64,000 nt of DNA from an uncultured bacterium (GTDB lineage Bacteria; Abyssobacteria; SURF-5): positions 179,439 to 243,438 of the forward strand of contig CAYVQZ010000002.1 in assembly GCA_964453435.1 (NCBI GenBank). The letters are read 5' to 3'. Position numbers and translations under genes: made by a program. This document shows, in pieces, positions 41,278 through 49,905 of this stretch (the stretch's first letter is position 1; each line of letters starts with the position of its first letter). Under the pieces are notes generated by a model that saw nothing but the letters and a program-made list of their open reading frames with translations, had not been told where the DNA came from and ran no database searches.

Positions 41278-41736
41278 ATGTCATATGATGAACTGCGGAA
41301 AGGCAGGGTTTCGCGTGCAGGTCAAATATATTTTGTCACCACTGTCACATTGAATCGTAGGCCGTTTTTCGCTGATTTCCGGATGGCCAGAATGGTTGTT
41401 ACCGAAATGCGCAGATTGGATGAAGAAGGGCTTGTCCGCTCGATAGCATGGGTGTTGATGCCTGAGCATTTACACTGGCTCATGCAGATTGGAGAGACAC
41501 AGGAATTATCAAAGGTGGTAAAGTTGTTCAAGGCGCGTTCTGCAAGGCAAATTAACAGGACACTGCAAAGGAAAGGGTCGGTCTGGCAAAGAGCATATTA
41601 TGACCATGCGATTCGGAAAGAAGAAAACATTCATGAGATAGCAAAATACATCATTGCAAATCCGTTGCGAAGAGGATTGGTTTCGGGAATAGAAAAATAT
41701 TCATTTTGGGATATGGCATGGAATCTGGCCGAATAA
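41278..41736 (+). CDS. REP-associated tyrosine transposase (RAYT, IS200/IS605-like TnpA_REP)
   Basis: 152 aa with HuH motif (HLHWLM) and catalytic-Tyr region (YIIANPLRRGL). Immediately flanked on both sides by REP palindromes carrying GTAG/CTAC. Confidence 0.85.
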   Translation: MSYDELRKGRVSRAGQIYFVTTVTLNRRPFFADFRMARMVVTEMRRLDEEGLVRSIAWVLMPEHLHWLMQIGETQELSKVVKLFKARSARQINRTLQRKGSVWQRAYYDHAIRKEENIHEIAKYIIANPLRRGLVSGIEKYSFWDMAWNLAE

Positions 41737-41900
41737 ATTCGAGCCTACACGGGATTGCCGATGCGGTGCGATTGGCCGAATAAATTCGGCCCTATCCCGC
41801 GAAACGCGGGACTTCGCTATCGCTCAGCGAAATCTGAGAAAATCTGCGGATGAAGAATATATGGTCGAATAAATTCGACCCTACATATTAAACGCATTCA
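41737..41900. repeat. REP cluster + 90-bp hairpin element downstream of RAYT
   Basis: gcctacacgggattgccgatgcggtgcgattggccgaataaattcggccctatcccgcgaaacgcgggacttcgctatcgctcagcgaaatctgagaaaatctgcggatgaagaatatatggtcgaataaattcgaccctacat. Confidence 0.85.
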
Positions 41901-42085
41901 CCACGACAGCTAATCGTACTTCCTTCTTCACATCTGTGTGACGGGATGGTCACATTGATTGTGAAGCCTACAGACCGACAATCGTTTTAGTTCCCTTTTG
42001 ACTCTCAAAGGCCTCAATCCATTTTTCCCGCAATATCGACCTTTTTCGGATTTTGCCACGCCACAGACTCCGGCATCTGAAGCCG

Positions 42086-42103
42086 CTGGCATCGTTCCTG
42101 CCT
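42086..42103 (+). promoter_or_regulatory. Candidate sigma54 (-24/-12) promoter TGGCATcgttccTGC upstream of the lipoprotein gene cluster
   Basis: GG and GC elements lie at the canonical 10-nt separation (TGGCAT-N5-CTGC versus consensus TGGCAC-N5-TTGC), about 60 nt upstream of the ATG at 42163. Two sigma54 activators are encoded nearby. Confidence 0.3.
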
Positions 42104-42162
42104 TCTCTCATTCCCGATTCGATTTGTGAACGTGGTCAATGAACAGGAAAGGAGAAAACGAA

Positions 42163-43152
42163 ATGTTCAAGAAACTGATCACACTGTTGGTAGTTGTCGG
42201 GCTCTTGTTCGCGCTGGTCACGCTTTCGGAGGGCGCGCGGGAAACGTTTGCGTTCGCGAGTGAGCCCGCCAGGAAAGTGGCCGAGACAACCTCCGAGCTG
42301 ACCCAGAAAATCGGAGGAGCAATCGGCCAGAAGTTCAGTCCGGCCGACATGATCCCGGAAAATGCCGAGATCGACTGGGGCGACGGCGTCATTCGCGCGA
42401 CAGGCCATGGCGCGCTGCCGGTCGCATCGCAGTCGTATCCCCAGGCGAAACTGATGGCGGTCGGCGCCGCCGAGCTTGACGCGCAGCGTATCCTCGCCGC
42501 GACGCTCCGGGGCGCGATGATAACATCGAAGCGCAAGCTGGAAAACTATATTCAGAAAGAGTATATCGTCGAGGAGAACGTGCACGCGATGATTCACGGC
42601 GCGCAGGTGACCGACGTCCGCGTGATGCCCGACGGCAATGTAGAGGTCGACATGGAGCTTCGGCTCAAGGGAATGGAGAAGAATGCCGTTGCCAAGGCCG
42701 CCGAGGCCGAGCCGCAGCCCGCTCCCGCCAATACCGGCGTCGTTCCCGGACGTATGCAGGGATGGCGCGCGCTCGATTATTACAACCCGACCGCCGATGT
42801 GCTGGGAAGAGAAAAAGACTTCACCGGGCTGATAATCAACGCGCAGAACCTGCACGCCACCGCCGCTCTGGCGCCCGAAATCATCACGGAAACCGGTGTG
42901 CCGGTGTTCCCTCAGAAGACAGAGGGCGAGACCGAGCCCGCGCGCGTGAACGTGGCCTACGAGCCGAGCATCAACCAGGCGATGAGCAATCCGAGAGCCG
43001 GCAGCAACCCCTTGATTCTTGATGCGGTTGCCACCGGCGGGCAGCTCCGCACCGACCTGGTGATTCGCGACGCCGACTATGAGCGCCTCGCCCGAAACCA
43101 GGGCGCAGATTCGGTGCTCTCGAGTGGAAGCATTGTTGTCGTGGTTGACTGA
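42163..43152 (+). CDS. Secreted protein with signal peptide, possibly LPP20-like
   Basis: AGGAG RBS. N-terminal signal MFKKLITLLVVVGLLFALVTLSEGA. No catalytic motifs. Start at the second Met of the track ORF. Confidence 0.6.
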   Translation: MFKKLITLLVVVGLLFALVTLSEGARETFAFASEPARKVAETTSELTQKIGGAIGQKFSPADMIPENAEIDWGDGVIRATGHGALPVASQSYPQAKLMAVGAAELDAQRILAATLRGAMITSKRKLENYIQKEYIVEENVHAMIHGAQVTDVRVMPDGNVEVDMELRLKGMEKNAVAKAAEAEPQPAPANTGVVPGRMQGWRALDYYNPTADVLGREKDFTGLIINAQNLHATAALAPEIITETGVPVFPQKTEGETEPARVNVAYEPSINQAMSNPRAGSNPLILDAVATGGQLRTDLVIRDADYERLARNQGADSVLSSGSIVVVVD

Positions 43153-43277
43153 AGTGGTTAAGGAGTCTGGAGTTAACGAAGTTGACAACCGTGAGGTCGA
43201 ATGATAAAATGTTCCGGCGCTCGAAAAAATTAACCTTCCAGATGATTGACTCACCCCCACAAATAGGAGGGCGCTCG

Positions 43278-44885
43278 ATGAGAAAGAATCTTCTGGCGTT
43301 CGGTGTCCTGCTGCTCCTGATTCTGTCCGGGTGCGCCACCACTACTCCCGTTAGCCCGCCGATGGCCTCCGTCCGCGTCGAGTCCACACCCGACCATGCC
43401 ACGGTCTATTGGTCGAAAAACGAGACCGGCCCGTGGTCAACGTGGGACACGACCGGCGGCCGGCATGTGACACCCACAACTCTCCGTGTTCCCGAGGGCG
43501 ACTATTATTGGATAAAGGTCGGGAAACCGGATTACCTGGACAGCGAGCCGCAGTTTGTGCGCCCGGTTGGCGGTCACGACGCTGAACTCGTTTTCGATCT
43601 TGAGATGGAACCCGAAAAATACGCTGCCCTGCAGCGCGCAAAAGGGCTGGCGCTTCACAATGGCGAATGGGTCGACCCCGCCGCGGCGGGATTGATTCAA
43701 CAGAATGGCCGGTGGGTGGACCCGAAAGAGGAAGGCCTGATCAACTACCGGGGCAGATGGGTCAGACCCACGGACGAAGGCCTTGTGTTTGCGGATGGCC
43801 AATGGATTACTCCGGCGGAGCGCGATGAGCGAATGGGCATCGCTCGCATTCCCGACACCGAAGCCATGGAACCGGAAGCGACGGTTGCCGAGGGAATTGC
43901 GGCGGTTATGAACGGCGACCTTGCGGCCGCGCGACAGGCGGCAATCGACAATGCGCTCAACAATGCTCTTCAACAGCAGATGGGACTGCATATGAAGAGC
44001 AGCCGCGTGTCCGAGAATTACATTTTGATGAAATATCGGATTGAGTCTGAGACATCGGGAGTCGTCGATTCCTACGACATTCTGGAAGAAGCGAACGACG
44101 CCGATTTCTATTGGGTAAAGCTCGAGGTGGTCTTTAGAGAGGATGTTATCAAGAGCAAGAACCTCGACAAGACGCGCGTGCTGATAGCCGGCGATGAGGT
44201 GTTTGTCACCGATAGCGTGTTGTTCACATCTACGCTTGCTTTGCAGGAAATGGCGAGCGCATTCGCCGAGGCGGGATTTCGCGTTGTGGGAGGTCCGGAC
44301 GCGAGCTGGAATCTGCGAACTGATGTTTTTGATGCGAGCGTGTTCGAGACGTATCGCGAACAGGCAAAATTTTCAGGGGCTGACCTTTTGGCTGTTATTA
44401 ACGCCAAAAGCCAGCTCGCCGACAAGTTCGGGAACCTCGTAACATTCAACACGAACATCGAGGGACGCGTTGTCAAGGCGGAGACGGGCGAGATAGTTGC
44501 CGCCAAAACCATGGAATTGCGCGGCGACCGCAAGCTGACCGAGCCGGAGGCCGGAGAGGTCTCGCTTGCGAAGGCCGGGAGAGAAATGGGCGACTATTTG
44601 ATTGGTCAAATTGTGAATCGATATGAGGGCCTGATTTCTCACACGCTCATGGTCAGCGGCGTGAAATCACGCGGGCAGGCCGATTTGATCGTCCGGGAAC
44701 TCAGAACCTGCAAAAGTGTAAAAAGCGCCAGCCTGCTCGAGTACGACTGGGAAACCGCACGGATCGAGGTGGAACTCACGCCGACGGCGAACGAGTTCTT
44801 TCCCGAATGCGTCAACAGGCTTCAGGATGTCCATCTGAAAGTGGTTCGCAGTTTACGTTGCGACACAGTTGCCAGAGTCTATTGA
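43278..44885 (+). CDS. Lipoprotein with PEGA-like domain, GxWVxPxxEGL short repeats and C-terminal domain
   Basis: AGGAGG RBS. Lipobox LLILSGC. PEGA-like segment TTLRVPEGDYYWIKVGKPDYLDSEP. Four NGxWVDPxxxGL-type repeats. Confidence 0.7.
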   Translation: MRKNLLAFGVLLLLILSGCATTTPVSPPMASVRVESTPDHATVYWSKNETGPWSTWDTTGGRHVTPTTLRVPEGDYYWIKVGKPDYLDSEPQFVRPVGGHDAELVFDLEMEPEKYAALQRAKGLALHNGEWVDPAAAGLIQQNGRWVDPKEEGLINYRGRWVRPTDEGLVFADGQWITPAERDERMGIARIPDTEAMEPEATVAEGIAAVMNGDLAAARQAAIDNALNNALQQQMGLHMKSSRVSENYILMKYRIESETSGVVDSYDILEEANDADFYWVKLEVVFREDVIKSKNLDKTRVLIAGDEVFVTDSVLFTSTLALQEMASAFAEAGFRVVGGPDASWNLRTDVFDASVFETYREQAKFSGADLLAVINAKSQLADKFGNLVTFNTNIEGRVVKAETGEIVAAKTMELRGDRKLTEPEAGEVSLAKAGREMGDYLIGQIVNRYEGLISHTLMVSGVKSRGQADLIVRELRTCKSVKSASLLEYDWETARIEVELTPTANEFFPECVNRLQDVHLKVVRSLRCDTVARVY

Positions 44886-44917
44886 GTTCGCATTTGGAAT
44901 GTAAAGGAGTGTGGCAA

Positions 44918-46006
44918 ATGAGAAAAGTCGGATTGACTGCACTGGCGACGCTGCTGCTTTTCCTGTGCCTGGTTCCTTCCGTATCCGCCGCCCTGACTCC
45001 GCTGGAACGCGAGGCCGCGCAGCAGGCCGTCCAGGCCTGCGTTCAGTCGCTGGGAAGCACCGATATCGAGGGCATGAACCGGATCGCCGTGCTGAAGCTC
45101 GATAACGACGACGGCGAGATCACCGACCTGCTTACTATCGCCCTGACGAAGACTCCATACAGCGTCGTGCTGCGGGAGGAGCTCGAGAAAGTTCTCACCG
45201 AGCACGAGTTCAACATTCGACATGCCGACATGATCGATGCATCGACCATGAAAAAACTGGGCGGATTCCTGGGAGTAGATGGTCTCATCATCGGAAGCGT
45301 CCAGGAACAGTCGGGAGACCAGCATCAGGCCCACCTGCGGCTCAACCTCAAGCTGGCGAACGTGGAAACCGGCGAAGCGGTGTGGGGTGAGGTCGCGCTC
45401 GGCGAAACAGGAAGCGCTCCGCCGCCGCCCGCGCCTCCCGAACCGCTCACGAAGAAGCTTTCGCAGCCGGCAGTCCTCATAGTACTCATATGTATTATGC
45501 TGTTCATCATATGGCTGGTCATGGTCGCCCGGAAACCAGTGAGCGACGCGCTGGAGAATCGATACGTTGTAAAACAGGACCGGCTCGACTCCGACCAGCG
45601 GTTGAGAAACAACATGGTGCGGCAGCTCGGCTCGGCTATCGACTCGCTTCGGAACGCGCGGAACCGGGCGCATGACGCAGGCAATGACGACCTGCGGCAG
45701 AAGCTGAAGGACTGCGAGCATTCCGTGGACCTGCTGAGAATGGAAATCAGCAATGCGGAATACGGCGCGTTGCCGTTTTTCGAAAAGGATAAGGTCGAAA
45801 CACGGCATCTCGACAAGATGGTCGATTTCGACAAGACATTCGAGTCGCTGATGAAAGATATCGTCCATGAATGCTCAGAGGTTGAAAAAGCGTCTGCTGA
45901 TAATCCGGGCGATGCAGGCAAATCGATAGAAAAGGTAAGCCGGCTTGCCAAGCAGCTCAAGGACAAATTCCAGGAGCGGAAAAGCTACCTGGCCGGCGTA
46001 GGATGA
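44918..46006 (+). CDS. Bitopic membrane protein: periplasmic LpoB/CsgG-like domain + TM + cytoplasmic coiled coil
   Basis: Signal peptide. RIAVLKLDNDDGEITDLLTIALT...LGVDGLIIGSV...LKLANVETGEAVW resembles the LpoB/CsgG fold pattern. TM helix VLIVLICIMLFIIWLVMV. Confidence 0.6.
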   Translation: MRKVGLTALATLLLFLCLVPSVSAALTPLEREAAQQAVQACVQSLGSTDIEGMNRIAVLKLDNDDGEITDLLTIALTKTPYSVVLREELEKVLTEHEFNIRHADMIDASTMKKLGGFLGVDGLIIGSVQEQSGDQHQAHLRLNLKLANVETGEAVWGEVALGETGSAPPPPAPPEPLTKKLSQPAVLIVLICIMLFIIWLVMVARKPVSDALENRYVVKQDRLDSDQRLRNNMVRQLGSAIDSLRNARNRAHDAGNDDLRQKLKDCEHSVDLLRMEISNAEYGALPFFEKDKVETRHLDKMVDFDKTFESLMKDIVHECSEVEKASADNPGDAGKSIEKVSRLAKQLKDKFQERKSYLAGVG

Positions 46007-46018
46007 GGCAATATCATC

Positions 46019-47326
46019 ATGACTTCAGAACATAGCGGCGCTTCGATCTGCAGCACTTGCCATCACCCGCTGACCCCCGGCGCGAAATTCTGCGGCAATT
46101 GCGGCGCGCCGGTTCCGCGGACGGGCGGCAAAACGACCGACGAGGACATCTGGCGCTTCATCGATGAGGAGAGCGAAACCCGCAAATCCATGGGGGCGGA
46201 GAACATCGAGGAAGAGATTCGGAAGATGGAGTCGAAAATCGAGTCGGTGATCGGGGACTCGAAATCGCCATTGATGGATGAAACTGTTCAAGCAGAGCCG
46301 CCGGCGCCAACTTCTCGTTCGGAACAGCAACGAATGCGGGTCAAGACTCGCGACCTTCGCGTCGAAGTCGAGTACATGAGGAGAATAAACCCCTGCCTGC
46401 TCCACAATGAGCTTCCGGTCATCTGGCAGTTGGTTATAGGGAATTGCGCGGGGGAGGCCGCCGAGAACGGACTTGTAAAGTGCTGGCTTTCTCCTGATTA
46501 CGGTGAATATTGGCAGCGCACATTCCCAGTGATCGCTCCGGGGAAAAAGCTCGTAATCGAGGGAATCAGTATGCCTGTCCGGCTGGAGCGATTACAGAGA
46601 ATCGTCGAGGCCGAAAAAGCTTCGCTCAGGGTCGAAGTAGAAATCGACGATCACGTTTGTTTTTCGGACACGTATCCCGTCGAGATTCTCGCCTATAATG
46701 AGTGGTTTGACCATCCACTTCTGATTCATATGATAGCGTCATTGATCAAGCCAAACGATTCGGCGGTTGAGCAGATAATGACGTATTCCAGGTCGCGTCT
46801 TGCCACACTATGCGGCGAAGACGGATTTAATGGATATCAGTCAAAGGACCCGGAAAAGGTCCGAAAGATGGCGGAGGCGATCTATCTGTCGCTGCAAAAG
46901 GACTTGGATATCAGTTACATCAATCCTCCGGCGAGTTTCGAACGGAATGGACAAAAGGTTCGCTTCCCAGCTCAAATACTTGAACATCGACGAGGTACGT
47001 GTCTGGACCTGGCATTACTCTATGCCGGTTGTCTCGAAAATGCGGCGCTTCATCCCATCATATTCCTCGTGAGAGGTCACGCATTTCTTGGATGTATGCT
47101 GAGTCATGACAATCTTGATGAATCGATACTAACCGATCGTGAAATCATAAAGAAGATGGTCGAAAAAAACGCGTTGTTGACTATGAACTCCACAACATTT
47201 ACGAATGACACATCGACATTCGACCATTGTATAGAGGAAGGCAAGAAGTGTTTGGAAGGAATGCACTTTGAATATGCTATTGACGTGAAAATGGCGCGCA
47301 GGGAAGGAATAAAACCTTTGCCCTGA
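46019..47326 (+). CDS. Zinc-ribbon protein with C-terminal transglutaminase-like putative cysteine-protease domain
   Basis: N-terminal CSTCHHPLTPGAKFCGNCGAPV. C-terminal RRGTCLDLALLYAGCLENAALHPIIFLVRGHAFLGCM has the Cys/His pattern of transglutaminase-like cores. Confidence 0.55.
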   Translation: MTSEHSGASICSTCHHPLTPGAKFCGNCGAPVPRTGGKTTDEDIWRFIDEESETRKSMGAENIEEEIRKMESKIESVIGDSKSPLMDETVQAEPPAPTSRSEQQRMRVKTRDLRVEVEYMRRINPCLLHNELPVIWQLVIGNCAGEAAENGLVKCWLSPDYGEYWQRTFPVIAPGKKLVIEGISMPVRLERLQRIVEAEKASLRVEVEIDDHVCFSDTYPVEILAYNEWFDHPLLIHMIASLIKPNDSAVEQIMTYSRSRLATLCGEDGFNGYQSKDPEKVRKMAEAIYLSLQKDLDISYINPPASFERNGQKVRFPAQILEHRRGTCLDLALLYAGCLENAALHPIIFLVRGHAFLGCMLSHDNLDESILTDREIIKKMVEKNALLTMNSTTFTNDTSTFDHCIEEGKKCLEGMHFEYAIDVKMARREGIKPLP

Positions 47327-47413
47327 GTGGGGTAGAGAAGATGCGATGACTTTCGTACTAGTTTCACAAAACATCAAATATTAGAGATTCGGATCACGCG
47401 TAGGAGGAATGTC

Positions 47414-49045
47414 ATGCCCACCATACGGTGTCCAAACTGCAACAGTGAGGTAAGTGAATCGACTCCTTTCTGCCCCAGTTGCGGAAACAGTCTGTATGCT
47501 CTGTGCGTCGAATGCGGCGCGCCGGTTGAACCCGTCGCCAAATTTTGCGGAAACTGCGGCGCCAAGCTCACACAGGATACTCAGCCGATAAAACAGATGC
47601 GGTGGATGTGCGGGCCCGGCGAATTGGCGCGACGGGTCGAAGAGCGCGACCTCGAGGGAATCGTGCGAAAAGGGCTGATCGTCGAGCATGGCACGCGGGC
47701 GGTATTGCTGCAGGAGGGCCGGCTGGCGGGGACCCTCGATCCGGACTGCTACAACATCAGCACATTCAAGAAGCGTTTCATGAGCTTCGATTTCAATGTG
47801 CCCGCAACCGTCATCCTGCTTCAGGCGGCGGATATCGACTTGAACTTCGAGATTCCCCGACTGCTCTCGAAAGAAGACGTCGAGCTGTCGGTCCAGTGCA
47901 AACTGGTGCAGGGAATCGAAAAGCCGGAGTTCTTTTTCACCAATCTTCTGCGTCAGAGACAGGTTTTTACGAAATCCGACCTGCAGGGATTCCTCCAGCA
48001 GGAAATAACCAATGTGCTCCAGCCATTGATTCGCGCCGAATCCGTGAAAGACCTCTATGCCAACGTGCCTCTGAGGAAAAACATCGAGCAGGCGCTCGAG
48101 TCCGACATGCGGGTCACGCTGGAGCGCAATGGGCTCCGGCTGATCCAGTTGCGGTTCATTGACTATCTCAGCGACACGCTCGAGAAGGTGCGTTCGCAGA
48201 ACCCCGATGATTTCGTGGCGGTCGAAGCTGAGGAACTCGAACAGAAGCGCCGGGAACTCGCGACGACAATTCTCTCGCGCGAGACGATGGAGGAACTGAA
48301 ACGGCGGCGAGTAGAGGCCGACAAGTACAACTATCTGGTCGAACTCGACAAGGAAAAGCTGCTCACCGACCAGGAAAAGCGCGAGCTGGCCGATTCACTC
48401 GAGGACTACGACCTGACTCGCAAGTTCTTTGTGAACAAGACAAAGCTCTTGAACAACCAGAAGTGCGAGCGGCTGATCAACGAGTTTCGAAGAGATGAGG
48501 AATGGAAGGACAAAGAGCTCAAGTTCCGCGAGAAACGCGAGAGAAACAAGCTGTTCGACGAGTTCAAGAAAACAATCCTCGAAAATCAAAGGATAGAGCA
48601 AGATAATAAGGCGGCGTATATAAAACAGCTCGAAGAGCGCGGTCCCGACGCTCTCATTGCCGGCATGGACCCGGAGCGCGTCCGCGAATACCTCGAGTAC
48701 CAGGAAAAACTCAAAGAAATAGAGGTCGAAAAGGTCAAAGCAGGCTCGGTCCTTGACGAAAAAACAAGGGATCTGTATGAGCGGATGGTCGCCGATAGAG
48801 ACAAGATGTTCGAGCAAATGCTCAACGCGATGGTCAAGATGCAGCCCACCACAAGCGTGGTCAGCCCCGGCGGTGGCGGTGGAGGCATGTGGGGGCATGG
48901 CGGCGGGCCCACCGTTGTGCAGCTCGGGGCACAGCCCGGCGGCAGCGGCGAGCAGGCGTCAAAGACGTGCCCAAACTCGTCTTGCGGAGAGCCCGTGAAG
49001 CCGGGCGAGAAATTCTGCGGACATTGCGGAATGGCGCTTTCGTGA
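47414..49045 (+). CDS. Double zinc-ribbon + SPFH/band-7-like domain + coiled coil + C-terminal zinc ribbon protein
   Basis: N-terminal CPNCNSEV...CPSCGNS...CVECGAP...CGNCGAK. SPFH-like segment with conserved aliphatic periodicity. C-terminal CPNSSCGEPVKPGEKFCGHCG. AGGAGG RBS. Confidence 0.6.
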   Translation: MPTIRCPNCNSEVSESTPFCPSCGNSLYALCVECGAPVEPVAKFCGNCGAKLTQDTQPIKQMRWMCGPGELARRVEERDLEGIVRKGLIVEHGTRAVLLQEGRLAGTLDPDCYNISTFKKRFMSFDFNVPATVILLQAADIDLNFEIPRLLSKEDVELSVQCKLVQGIEKPEFFFTNLLRQRQVFTKSDLQGFLQQEITNVLQPLIRAESVKDLYANVPLRKNIEQALESDMRVTLERNGLRLIQLRFIDYLSDTLEKVRSQNPDDFVAVEAEELEQKRRELATTILSRETMEELKRRRVEADKYNYLVELDKEKLLTDQEKRELADSLEDYDLTRKFFVNKTKLLNNQKCERLINEFRRDEEWKDKELKFREKRERNKLFDEFKKTILENQRIEQDNKAAYIKQLEERGPDALIAGMDPERVREYLEYQEKLKEIEVEKVKAGSVLDEKTRDLYERMVADRDKMFEQMLNAMVKMQPTTSVVSPGGGGGGMWGHGGGPTVVQLGAQPGGSGEQASKTCPNSSCGEPVKPGEKFCGHCGMALS

Positions 49046-49189
49046 TACACATATGTTCCCCGAAGAGAGGTACAGCTCAGAGTCGAATTGGCAGTGATAA
49101 AGCAGTAAACGGCGAGCTTGCCGGGAATGCTTCTTTTTCATGAAGGCGCCATGGAGGCGCCTTTGTTATTTAGGAAAATTGATATGGGA

Positions 49190-49330
49190 TTCGGCGAAAC
49201 AAAGATTCTTGGTCGAATGAATTCGACCTTACAGGGGATTGCCGATGCGGTGCGAATGGTCGAATGAATTCGACCCTACAAGGGGGCGCTTTTGTAGGCG
49301 CCAATTCATTCGCACGCTCTGTGACAATCG
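49190..49330. repeat. REP cluster
   Basis: ggtcgaatgaattcgaccttacaggggattgccgatgcggtgcgaatggtcgaatgaattcgaccctacaaggg...gtaggcgccaattcattcgcac. Confidence 0.85.
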
Positions 49331-49394
49331 AAGTAACTCGCGGATAGACAAGGAAGAATAGACGGAACCACGGATGGACGCAGATAAACACGGA

Positions 49395-49535
49395 GTGAGA
49401 TGGAATTTTTCGCCCTGTCATCCTGAACCCTTCGGCTTTGCTCAGGATAAACTTCGTGAAAGGTCTCGGGTTGCGGAGAAGTTATTGAGGTTTGTCATTC
49501 TGAGCGCAGCGAAGAATCTCGGTTATTTTCTCGTA
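49395..49535. repeat. MITE-like element copy (gtcatcctgaac...gctcaggataaacttcgtgaaaggtctcgggttgcggagaagttattga..gtcattctgagcgcagcgaagaatctc)
   Basis: About 95% identical to copies at 54810-55010 and 63762-63945; small ORFs in the track (..FVILSAAKNL..) are translations of it. Confidence 0.8.
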
Positions 49536-49579
49536 CTGCCGCGCGAGGCCGAATGAGATGCCGGATAGGATTTCACACT

Positions 49580-49830
49580 GTAGACATTTTTGGCCGAATA
49601 AATTCGGCCCTACAGGGGATTGCCGATGCGGTGCGAATGGTCGAATGAATTCGACCCTATCCCGCGAAACGCGGGACTTCGCTATCGCTCAGCGAAATCT
49701 GAGAAAATCTGCGGATGAAGAACATATGGTCGAATGAATTCGACCCTGCAGGCGGTGGGTTTAGGGCAAGACGAATTACGGCGTAGGGCAATGAAATTGT
49801 AGGCGCCAATTCATTCGCACAGATTGGATA
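49580..49830. repeat. REP cluster + 90-bp hairpin element
   Basis: ggccgaataaattcggccctacagggg...ggtcgaatgaattcgaccctatcccgcgaaacgcgggacttcgctatcgctcagcgaaatctgagaaaatctgcggatgaagaacatatggtcgaatgaattcgaccctgcagg...gtaggcgccaattcattcgcac. Confidence 0.85.
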
Positions 49831-49905
49831 GTATCTGCGGCTATCTGCAAGCGCCTGCGGTTTTGAAACAACTCTTAATTCGGGAATGTGCAGATAAAAA
49901 AACCA

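Noticed and set aside
49374-49556. Small ORFs translating to ..FVILSAAKNL.. (also 54700-54993, 63681-63923, 58867-59067)
   Set aside because: They are translations of the MITE-like repeat and recur because the repeat recurs.
49800-49890. Sigma54-type -24/-12 promoters in front of the kinase genes (49812-49830, 55099-55115)
   Set aside because: The GG and GC elements are 9 nt apart rather than the 10 nt required (e.g. ttGGatagtatctGCgg), so these sites were not called.
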